A stretch of 64,000 bases of DNA from a virus (Duplodnaviria; Caudoviricetes). Shown here one piece after another: positions 21,088 through 28,105 of the stretch. The stretch spans positions 7,247 through 71,246 of the IMG/VR virus record IMGVR_UViG_3300033073_001149; one strand, 5' to 3'. Position 1 is the stretch's first letter. Every line of letters starts with the position of its first letter. The translations under genes were made by a program, and so were the position numbers. A model generated the notes under the pieces. The model did no database searches and was not told the DNA's origin. It worked only from the letters and a program-made list of their open reading frames with translations.

Positions 21088-21403
21088 TTACGAAACTTTC
21101 TACCGATATAGGCTTGGCATCTTTCTTTTTAGAAATATCCTCTTTCTCCTTTTCTGTAAGTAATGCTGTGTACCTCTCTATTCCGTCAACAGCCTTGTCA
21201 ATAATATCAAATGCCTTGTTATGGCTATCTGTAATGTTCTTGTCGTCGGCTTGGTTGATAGATATAGCACTCTCCTTTAGCTGATTGGTAAGGGTTGCTA
21301 TTTCGTGCTGATACGCCTCTATAATATCCTTGTAAGGGCTACGCAGGTATTTATCGTGCCAATCCCTTAGCCTTTCTAATTCGGCTGCTTCTTCTTTTGT
21401 CAT
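21074..21403 (-). CDS. Putative terminase small subunit (109 aa)
   Basis: Small helical protein overlapping the terL start; call is positional. Confidence 0.45.
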   Translation of the reverse strand: MTKEEAAELERLRDWHDKYLRSPYKDIIEAYQHEIATLTNQLKESAISINQADDKNITDSHNKAFDIIDKAVDGIERYTALLTEKEKEDISKKKDAKPISVESFVSGKS

Positions 21404-21420
21404 ATTTTATATTAATACCA

Positions 21421-21490
21421 CAAAAATAAGCCAACAACCTTAGTTTAATATTTACTGCTTTCTTTATTCACTTAATCGGGAAACCCTATA
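21421..21490 (-). promoter_or_regulatory. Terminase operon promoter with upstream GGGAAACC box
   Basis: TATTTTTG on minus (21421-21428); GGGAAACCCTATA at 21478-21490. Confidence 0.55.
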
Positions 21491-21496
21491 AAGCAC

Positions 21497-21523
21497 AAAA
21501 GCAGGCTTTTTACACCTGCTTTT
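21497..21523 (-). terminator. Terminator
   Basis: AAAAGCAGG/CCTGCTTTT stem after the 116-aa gene. Confidence 0.7.
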
Positions 21524-21552
21524 ATACAAACCATTAAACTATGAACAACAAA

Positions 21553-21903
21553 CTATGCTAATGTTGCGCCTACGTTAGATAGGATAACCCATTTAGCTAA
21601 GTCGCTAACATAAAGTAAGCGAACACAATCGCCAACGTCATTTAAAGTAATAGTGCTGTAACCTAATAGAGCAGCAACAGTAATTGTTGCGTCGCCACCA
21701 TCTGTTTTCATATAGATAGTTTTTTCTACTTGGTGTCCGTCAACAGGGGCAGCAAGGGTTAGTGCAATAGCACCACTTGATACAACCTCTGTAATAGCAC
21801 AGTTAGGGTCAACTGCACCTGCGGCAGTAATTTTTTGTATGCCGCCTTTGTATTCTACTTGTCCGAAAACTTGGGCGTTTTGTAATTCTAAGTTACGTGG
21901 CAT
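21553..21903 (-). CDS. Small virion decoration-type protein (116 aa)
   Basis: Beta-rich, ALTLAAP...TITLNDVGDCVRLLY...WVIL pattern seen in phage auxiliary capsid proteins. Confidence 0.5.
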   Translation of the reverse strand: MPRNLELQNAQVFGQVEYKGGIQKITAAGAVDPNCAITEVVSSGAIALTLAAPVDGHQVEKTIYMKTDGGDATITVAALLGYSTITLNDVGDCVRLLYVSDLAKWVILSNVGATLA

Positions 21904-21923
21904 TGTTTATTTTTTTTTATGGG

Positions 21924-22874
21924 TTATACTACTATAAAGCCTATCTTCAATACTCCGCTTAGTGCGTTTGTTGCGTGGGCGTTGCTAATTACTACTTTAA
22001 ATGAACCTGAGCCTATGGTGTCTACTTTTACAACAGGAATACCATTGGTGCTATCTGTTCCTGCGTAGTCTACCAAATTGGCAATTACTACACTTGAAGA
22101 AGAAACAAAGGTATTAGTTACTGTAAACTCTGCGCTTGCTTGTGCCGCTAAAGTAGAACTTACGGTTGTTATTACCCCCGCAGGTGCGCTTGCTGTTACC
22201 CCTGTGGTAATGCTTGTGCCTTGCGTTACTGTGGTCTTAACAAAAGAAGGATAGCCTGTTGCCCCGTTATTGATTGAGGTAAGCAAAGAGGCTAAGGTAT
22301 TAGATACGTAAACGTATTCTACTACGCTATTATCAGCATTGTAGTAACCTATTTGGTTTACACCGCCTAAGTTAGCATTGCCAATAGTTAAACAACGAAG
22401 CCCGTTGATGTAACGGGTATATGATGTTTTGTATGTGTAAGTTGTTGTACCTGTTTCTGTCGCAGAAGCTCCGCTATCATTTCCCGATAACTTAGCTGCG
22501 GCAGGTAGTGGGCTTTGAAAATTATTTACTGTTAAAACAGAACCCGTATCAGCACCAATGTAGCCACCAAATACACCGTCAACAAGTAGTTTTTCGCCAA
22601 CTTGGAACGTGCCTACTAATGAGGTATAGGTTATTGTAGCTGTGATACCAATACCTTGCATACTACCGCTTACATCTGTTACAGATATAATGTTAGGTGC
22701 TAATGCTTGTATAGCTGTTGGGCTTTGGGTTACTGTTACTATATTGCTTTGCGCTCCTTGATAGAAATAGGAAACATCAGACCCGCTACCATTGGCGGTT
22801 ACTTCTACAATATTGGCTGCTTGAACGTCAAGCGTTTGAAGATTTGATGATTGCGTAAGTGCTATTACCGCCAT
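21924..22874 (-). CDS. Fibre/decoration protein (316 aa), N-terminal paralogue of 59895-61073
   Basis: Thr/Ser/Gly-rich; shares an N-terminal module with the 392-aa protein. Confidence 0.55.
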   Translation of the reverse strand: MAVIALTQSSNLQTLDVQAANIVEVTANGSGSDVSYFYQGAQSNIVTVTQSPTAIQALAPNIISVTDVSGSMQGIGITATITYTSLVGTFQVGEKLLVDGVFGGYIGADTGSVLTVNNFQSPLPAAAKLSGNDSGASATETGTTTYTYKTSYTRYINGLRCLTIGNANLGGVNQIGYYNADNSVVEYVYVSNTLASLLTSINNGATGYPSFVKTTVTQGTSITTGVTASAPAGVITTVSSTLAAQASAEFTVTNTFVSSSSVVIANLVDYAGTDSTNGIPVVKVDTIGSGSFKVVISNAHATNALSGVLKIGFIVV

Positions 22875-22944
22875 TGTTTATTATTTTGAGGTAAAAATAC
22901 TTACTTTTTAATTACCTCTATGCGGCTTACTAATATACGTCCCG

Positions 22945-23277
22945 CTATCGTGCCTTGTCCTTAAAGTACTGTTCAAGTCCTTGCCCAATTGCTGTTAAAT
23001 CGTCAAAGTCTGCTTTAGCTATCATCTCTGCTATTCCCTCGTATTCTGCTAATTTAGCTTGTATGGTAGCCTCGTCAGCATTAAACATTGTCTTGATAAG
23101 GTCGTTAGCTTGTAGTTCTATACTTTCTTTTGCTACGTTGATACGCCTCTTTATTTCTTGCCTGTAAAATGGCGTTCCCTGAAACTCGTCTATGCTGTAT
23201 AGCGTGATGTTTAAAGTCAACATCAGCTTTACCACTTTTAGAATGTGCTTTGCTGTTTCAATCTCTTTGTCGGTCAT
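22945..23277 (-). CDS. Hypothetical protein (110 aa)
   Basis: ORF in a tightly packed minus-strand run. Confidence 0.55.
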   Translation of the reverse strand: MTDKEIETAKHILKVVKLMLTLNITLYSIDEFQGTPFYRQEIKRRINVAKESIELQANDLIKTMFNADEATIQAKLAEYEGIAEMIAKADFDDLTAIGQGLEQYFKDKAR

Positions 23278-23280
23278 AGT

Positions 23281-23493
23281 CTAAAATTCCTCCTCTTTTA
23301 TAATATCCTTAATTCCATTTTCTACCTCCTTTAGCTTTTCTTTTGTTTCTTTGTCCTTAACGCTCCATTGTACTCTTTTAATAAGATAAAGACAGTATAG
23401 CATACTTAGCTGCCGCTTAATATATGGTAGCCCCCACGCCAACAGGAATATTATTGTCAATAGTGTTGCTGTAAAATTTATTGCTTGTTTCAT
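23281..23493 (-). CDS. Small membrane protein (70 aa)
   Basis: N-terminal hydrophobic helix, basic/acidic tail. Confidence 0.5.
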   Translation of the reverse strand: MKQAINFTATLLTIIFLLAWGLPYIKRQLSMLYCLYLIKRVQWSVKDKETKEKLKEVENGIKDIIKEEEF

Positions 23494-23496
23494 AGT

Positions 23497-23886
23497 TTAT
23501 AATGCTAAATAAAAATCTATAATGCTTTTGGCTTCCTTAAACCCAATGGCGAACTTAGCCATATAGCCTTTCTTTTCTAATTGGGTTAATATTTCTTGTT
23601 GCTCTCTAACGTGGTCTGTCTGCTTTACCGTTCCATTCTTATTCCCCGCTTTCTCCGACTTCAACTCAATCATCAGTCCACAATACCTAAACTCTCCCTC
23701 TCCTCTTGGTTCTAATATCATTATATCGGGCAAGCCTCGACTGCTCCTCATTTTGGCTGCTTTTACAGATTGTCCTATTGTTAGCTTCATCCCGCTTGCA
23801 AGGTCGCAAGTGAAAATTATGTCGGGGTATTGCAATTTAATATATTTGCATACCGCTAATTGTATGCCTTCTTCACGTTTAGCCAT
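23497..23886 (-). CDS. VRR-NUC/PD-(D/E)XK nuclease, Holliday-junction resolvase-like (129 aa)
   Basis: EEGIQ...GLPDIMILEP...GLMIELK...QQEIL..L...GY motifs. Confidence 0.75.
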   Translation of the reverse strand: MAKREEGIQLAVCKYIKLQYPDIIFTCDLASGMKLTIGQSVKAAKMRSSRGLPDIMILEPRGEGEFRYCGLMIELKSEKAGNKNGTVKQTDHVREQQEILTQLEKKGYMAKFAIGFKEAKSIIDFYLAL

Positions 23887-24114
23887 TTAGCTGTTATCGT
23901 GTTCGTTCTTGTAAAGTTCGAGTTCAGCTTTGGTAGCATTAAGTTCTTTCCTAAATGTAGCTATGTCGCAATCCTTTAGGCTTAGCATATTCCTAAGTTT
24001 ATTGTTGTCGTCGCTTAAATATTTGGTAAGCCGTACTTGGTCTGAATACATGCCTTTAAATATTACCATACCAAAAGCAAACAACACAACTAATATTGAT
24101 AAAAATTCTATCAT
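23887..24114 (-). CDS. Membrane-anchored coiled-coil protein (75 aa)
   Basis: One TM helix followed by heptads. Confidence 0.5.
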   Translation of the reverse strand: MIEFLSILVVLFAFGMVIFKGMYSDQVRLTKYLSDDNNKLRNMLSLKDCDIATFRKELNATKAELELYKNEHDNS

Positions 24115-24344
24115 AACCTTTCAATTTCTTGTTTGTATCTCTTTAATCTTCTAAAAGCTGCGATTACCTCTCTGCTCTTAGGGTTCTCCCCAATCCTATC
24201 GAGGTTTGTTGAAACGAACTTGTCAGGGTCAACCAACTTTTCGCAGCCCATTGTTAATTTAGGTAACTCTCTGCACGTAGAGAAATACTCTGTTAGGTTC
24301 TTGCGTTCCTGTTCTGCGTAGGCGGAAAGTTCTTTAGGTGTCAT
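24111..24344 (-). CDS. Hypothetical protein (77 aa)
   Basis: ATGA-coupled ORF. Confidence 0.5.
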   Translation of the reverse strand: MTPKELSAYAEQERKNLTEYFSTCRELPKLTMGCEKLVDPDKFVSTNLDRIGENPKSREVIAAFRRLKRYKQEIERL

Positions 24345-24544
24345 TTAGTTTCGTCAGCCCTTGCAAGTAATATAAAACCAAATATCCAAAACACGCCAAC
24401 AAAAAGAAATAAAATCATAACAATAGCAGGACTGTATGTTGCGCCTATATATTCTATATACACTTTGTGCAAAACAGGGCTAAAAAATGTAAACATTGCC
24501 GCAAAAAGCAAAACTAATATTCCTAAAGTATAATTGTTTTTCAT
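24341..24544 (-). CDS. Two-TM membrane protein (67 aa)
   Basis: Two hydrophobic helices. Confidence 0.5.
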   Translation of the reverse strand: MKNNYTLGILVLLFAAMFTFFSPVLHKVYIEYIGATYSPAIVMILFLFVGVFWIFGFILLARADETK

Positions 24545-24558
24545 AGTTTATATAGTGT

Positions 24559-24843
24559 TTACTTGGTTGTTTTGTCCTTAACCTTCATAGATGAAACTGT
24601 AACTTCTTGCCCTGCTAATGTAGCATAGTTAATGTAAACAGTCCCGTCCTTGTTCTTTTTTGTTTTACCCTTTACTAAGCACAACAAAGAGCGAACTATA
24701 TCTATATGTGCTATTATATTTTTATATGCGTTCTGCTTGGTATCAAAGCCCGAATTAGAGCTAATTATTTTTCCGTTTGCGGATTTTAGGGTTACGGTGT
24801 AATTTTTATCAGTACCGCTGATTTCAAAGTGCGAGTTTGTCAT
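24559..24843 (-). CDS. YegP/DUF1508-family protein (94 aa)
   Basis: FEI...YTVTLKSANGKIISSNSGFDTKQNAYKNI motif. Confidence 0.7.
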   Translation of the reverse strand: MTNSHFEISGTDKNYTVTLKSANGKIISSNSGFDTKQNAYKNIIAHIDIVRSLLCLVKGKTKKNKDGTVYINYATLAGQEVTVSSMKVKDKTTK

Positions 24844-24968
24844 TTTAATAGTGTTAGGTTATTACGCAAAAACTAATAGGTAGTATTTTTACAAGGCTTT
24901 CAACACGTCCACATATATTGCAATGTGGTAGCCTATCCTTTCGTTTTTGCGTTTTATGTTTAGTTAAA

Positions 24969-25313
24969 TTAAAATGGTAGCGTATCGGTATCGGGGGCTT
25001 TCCATTGCTCTTGTTTGTCCTCTACCGAGCCTCCTGCTGTGCTACGGGTTGTTACTATGTTGTAGGCTTTTAATTGGGTATACCACTTATTGTTATACTC
25101 ACGGCTTTCTGCGTCGTACTTAACAACTACTTCTGTACCTACGCCCTCTAAGTTAGAAATTTGGTCATTCCACACCTCAAAGGCTACTTTTTTAGGGTAC
25201 TGACTTTCAGTTTCTATGGCAAAGGTTTGTTTTTTCCATTCCTTTCCATTTTTACCTGTTCCTGTTTCGATTGGCAATACTGAAATTACCTTTCCTTTTA
25301 ACTCTGCGCTCAT
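24969..25313 (-). CDS. DUF3127 ssDNA-binding-like protein (114 aa)
   Basis: GKVI.VLP..TGTGKNGKEWKKQTF.IET..QYPKK..F..W...SREYN.KWYT, with an acidic DTLPF tail typical of SSBs. Confidence 0.8.
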   Translation of the reverse strand: MSAELKGKVISVLPIETGTGKNGKEWKKQTFAIETESQYPKKVAFEVWNDQISNLEGVGTEVVVKYDAESREYNNKWYTQLKAYNIVTTRSTAGGSVEDKQEQWKAPDTDTLPF

Positions 25314-25528
25314 TATTTCTGTTTTTCTTGTGTTTCAAATTGATTAGTTGTCCACCCAAAGTGGGTAAGTAGTTTGTATAGGGTGCAAATATGTGGTGTG
25401 CCGCCTTTTTTCATTATAGAATATAGCGTGTCCTCGTTTATGCCTACCTCTTTTGCAAATTTAGGATAGCTTAGTTCGCCCTTTTTTTTGAGCAACTCGT
25501 CCCTAAATGCTGTTGTGTTAAAAACCAT
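25313..25528 (-). CDS. XRE/Cro HTH regulator (71 aa, start re-assigned to 25528)
   Basis: LSYPKFAKEVGINEDTLYSIMK HTH; TATATTTG box lies 4 nt before this ATG. Confidence 0.75.
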   Translation of the reverse strand: MVFNTTAFRDELLKKKGELSYPKFAKEVGINEDTLYSIMKKGGTPHICTLYKLLTHFGWTTNQFETQEKQK

Positions 25529-25596
25529 AGGGCAAATATATGTGGTTTGATTTAATCCACCAAACAATTATGAAAATAAATATTTTTCGTTTTTCT

Positions 25597-25750
25597 CTTG
25601 CGTATATCAAAAACTTGTTCTTACTTTGCAGAGTTCAGTTCGCTGTGAGAGGCTCTGAACAGAAACAGTAACTACATTTACATACATATTTCGGTTTAGC
25701 CGAACAAAGCCCTTCAAAAAGCCTCTCACGTAAAAAACGAGGGGCTTTGT
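25597..25750 (+). promoter_or_regulatory. Promoter plus structured leader with loop-loop complementarity
   Basis: TTG...TTACTTTG (25621-28); stem GTTCAG/CTGAAC holding GTGAGAGGCT (25645-54); stem ACAAAGCCC/GGGCTTTGT holding AGCCTCTCAC (25720-29). Confidence 0.6.
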
Positions 25751-25754
25751 CGTT

Positions 25755-26090
25755 TAAGGGTATTTGCTAATACGGGTTGAAACTACGGCGGGGCTTATAT
25801 CTGATTAGAGTGGTGCTAACTGCGAAACGAACATAGCACCGAGGCGATACGAAAGAGAGGTGCCAAGATGTCGATGTCTGATTAAGGGACAGGAAAAAAG
25901 CTCTCAACTCAATGTAGCTTAGTCAGAACATTGGGCACTAAACGACGGCGGACTACGCTCAAGCAGAGCAAAGAAAGTTAAGTTGGGTGGTGGGTGCGAA
26001 CTTGAAGATTTTTAGTCTTTTCGGAAGGCATACTATCACCTTTACTCAAGCAAACAAACGCTAAGCAAGGATTTAACCTTAACTTAGTAA
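25755..26090 (+). ncRNA. Candidate large structured RNA (about 335 nt)
   Basis: ORF-free and GC-richer than its flanks; stems found by eye include GGTGCTA/TAGCACC, GTGCC/GGCAC, CTGATTAAG/CTTAGTCAG, GCTC/GAGC, TTGGGT-GGTG/CACC-ACTCAA, CTAAG/CTTAG. Family not identified. Confidence 0.5.
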
Positions 26091-26108
26091 GTAATATATA
26101 AAGTAACT

Positions 26109-26666
26109 ATGCAACGAATAATTTTCTTAGATATTGACGGGGTATTAAACTGCCAAACGTTCTATATAAGTCAGCAGCACTTAGATTACAAGTCTGCTAA
26201 AAAGACATTGCGTAAGTCCGTTAAATCAAAAGCTGTTGAGCGGTTGGATTATTACCAAGGTCAAATTTGTAGGGAACGTTTGGGTTGGTTATCCGACTTA
26301 TGTAATGAGTTAGATATTAAAGTTGTTATTTCAAGCACTTGGCGTATGGGTAAGACCATTGAGGAACTGCAAGAAATTATTAACTACTGTGGTGGCTCGT
26401 TTGAGATTATTGGTAAAACGGAACGATTAGGCTATGAAAGAGGTATTGAGATAAGTAAGTGGTTGCAAGATAACATTAAACCCGAAACACACGGCTGCTT
26501 TTCGTCTGATTTTTACTCCTATGTTATTATAGATGATGATAGCGATATGTTACTTAACCAAGCCCCTCACTTTTTTCAAACAGATGCTTATAGCGGGCTA
26601 ACGCCTAATACCATTTATAAAATAAAACGGTTTTTTACATTAAAAACTTTTGGATACGAACAATAA
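26109..26666 (+). CDS. HAD-superfamily protein of the Swiss Army Knife RNA-repair type (HAD_SAK_2-like), 185 aa
   Basis: IIFLDIDGVLN, VVISSTWR, RG.EI..WL, YVIIDDDSDML..Q..HF.QTD...GLT motifs. Confidence 0.85.
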   Translation: MQRIIFLDIDGVLNCQTFYISQQHLDYKSAKKTLRKSVKSKAVERLDYYQGQICRERLGWLSDLCNELDIKVVISSTWRMGKTIEELQEIINYCGGSFEIIGKTERLGYERGIEISKWLQDNIKPETHGCFSSDFYSYVIIDDDSDMLLNQAPHFFQTDAYSGLTPNTIYKIKRFFTLKTFGYEQ

Positions 26667-26680
26667 TAAATACAAAAACT

Positions 26681-26734
26681 ATGAAAATAACAATCAACTC
26701 AGACAAAGAATACAACGCTAAAACAATATTTTGA
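26681..26734 (+). CDS. Possible 17-aa leader peptide (MKITINSDKEYNAKTIF)
   Basis: A-rich leader AAAAACT-ATG as in neighbouring genes; its TGA overlaps the first stem of the downstream RNA. Confidence 0.3.
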   Translation: MKITINSDKEYNAKTIF

Positions 26735-26910
26735 GGCGGTAGGGTGATAAAAACACAACCTTGTCGGGTAGTGTGATGGCAGATATATGGGGGCAGTCAG
26801 TGAACGCCTGCGCTAATGCGTTTTCAATGGCTGATTGCTCTGAACTACGAAAACCCTTTAAATCATGTTTCGATTATCTGCAAAGACCGCTTGGTTGTCC
26901 GATAACAACT
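26733..26910 (+). ncRNA. Candidate structured RNA (about 180 nt)
   Basis: Nested stems GGCGGT/ACCGCT, GCAGATA/TATCTGC, GGGCAGTCAG/CTGATTGCTC (two G-U pairs), AACGC/GCGTT, CGAAA/TTTCG, then GTTGT/ACAAC. Confidence 0.55.
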
Positions 26911-26913
26911 ACT

Positions 26914-26940
26914 AATCCTCAGAAATGGGGATTTTTTATT
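26914..26940 (+). terminator. Terminator closing the plus-strand RNA/HAD unit
   Basis: AATCCTCA-GAAA-TGGGGATT followed by a T run. Confidence 0.75.
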
Positions 26941-27310
26941 TTATAATAAATTTATACAGCTCCCGTGTATAGAATTGAATTAGGTAAGCCCACGCCTCAT
27001 CGCTATCATCAGTCAATACAAAGCCTTTCTCTCTTAATATTTGGTCTGCTACGTGGAATATTTCGTGTTGCAACACCCCAAAATGCGCTGCTGTATATTC
27101 CCATTGATTAACAAATACAAAAAATAGCTGATTAGTATGAATAACAGTTAAGGCAACATCGGAACTATTGTTATCAATGGCTGTTTTTATCTCCTCGTTT
27201 GTATATGACTTAGGCAAGTGCTTTCGTAGATATTCATACGTAGCACTTTCTTTACCAAATACAAATACCGTAGTGTGGCAATAGATTTCACAATTAATAG
27301 CTTTTACCAT
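26936..27310 (-). CDS. HExxH-motif (zincin-like) protein (124 aa)
   Basis: LQHEIFH motif with downstream DEAWAY. Confidence 0.55.
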   Translation of the reverse strand: MVKAINCEIYCHTTVFVFGKESATYEYLRKHLPKSYTNEEIKTAIDNNSSDVALTVIHTNQLFFVFVNQWEYTAAHFGVLQHEIFHVADQILREKGFVLTDDSDEAWAYLIQFYTRELYKFIIK

Positions 27311-27495
27311 TAGTATTCCTCTGTAAAGCGTGGTGGGTTATTATCGGGCTTAGTAAAACTTTGAAGTATATCTAAATCCGCCTCGGATGCTACCTTATTT
27401 ACATTTTCGGGGGTAAATGGCTTGATAAAAATACCTTCTTTTAGTGCTTTTTCTTGCGCCTCAATAAGTTCTTCTATTCTGTTTCTATCTATCAT
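27310..27495 (-). CDS. Hypothetical protein (61 aa)
   Basis: Coupled ORF. Confidence 0.45.
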   Translation of the reverse strand: MIDRNRIEELIEAQEKALKEGIFIKPFTPENVNKVASEADLDILQSFTKPDNNPPRFTEEY

Positions 27496-27803
27496 TATTC
27501 CTGAGTGTATGTGTTGTTAAAATATTCGTCAAAGTTTTCAGAATACGCTCCACTATCTATTGTATGATTTGAACCGTTATCCTCGCTTGCTGTTTGCCAC
27601 CCCTTCTCGTCCCCGTCAAGCCACACCTCTCTCATCTGTTCTCGCTCTACGGAAAGATTAGCCTCTGCAAGTCTTATAGCTGCCGTAATTGCGCTAATAT
27701 AGCCATTCCAATACTCCGTGTCCTTTGTTTGATATTCGGCTGCTGACAGTAGTGTTTTCAGTCCGTCAATGTGCTTCTGCATTGCTGTTTTTTTCTTCTC
27801 CAT
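27495..27803 (-). CDS. Hypothetical protein (102 aa), related in style to 40555-40839
   Basis: TAMQ...EREQMREVWLDG...FDEYFNNTY pattern common in Bacteroidota phage proteins. Confidence 0.55.
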   Translation of the reverse strand: MEKKKTAMQKHIDGLKTLLSAAEYQTKDTEYWNGYISAITAAIRLAEANLSVEREQMREVWLDGDEKGWQTASEDNGSNHTIDSGAYSENFDEYFNNTYTQE

Positions 27804-27806
27804 AGT

Positions 27807-28034
27807 TTACAAATTTTTATCTAACAATTTCAATAATTCAACCCACAATTCTTTACTATCGTAGGACATTAAGATATTTTTACCCTCTGATACGGTTAAC
27901 TCAATGCAATATGTTTTGTCCCCGTCTATCCAAGACTGCATACCAACGTAGTTTTTTGATAACAAGTGAACGTGCAATAAGCCGTCAATGTATATCCGCA
28001 AGTCTTTTATGGTATGGGTAATATCGGCTGTCAT
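27807..28034 (-). CDS. Hypothetical protein (75 aa)
   Basis: ORF in the minus-strand run. Confidence 0.5.
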   Translation of the reverse strand: MTADITHTIKDLRIYIDGLLHVHLLSKNYVGMQSWIDGDKTYCIELTVSEGKNILMSYDSKELWVELLKLLDKNL

Positions 28035-28105
28035 AGTTATAGTATTGTTAACTCGTTTTTAATTAATGGGTGGTGGCTATACTTAGTTCTGATAGTTTTT
28101 TCATA

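Noticed and set aside
24524-24550. Near-match to the 26-bp dyad (TAAAGTAT-N11-ATAGTTTA)
   Set aside because: Different spacing, a mismatch, and it lies largely within a coding start; compatible with chance.
25800-26860. CTGA...CGAAA strings suggesting hammerhead ribozymes; group I/II intron
   Set aside because: The CUGANGA core is not intact (CTGATTA, CTGATTG), and I found no group II domain V or group I P7 consensus.
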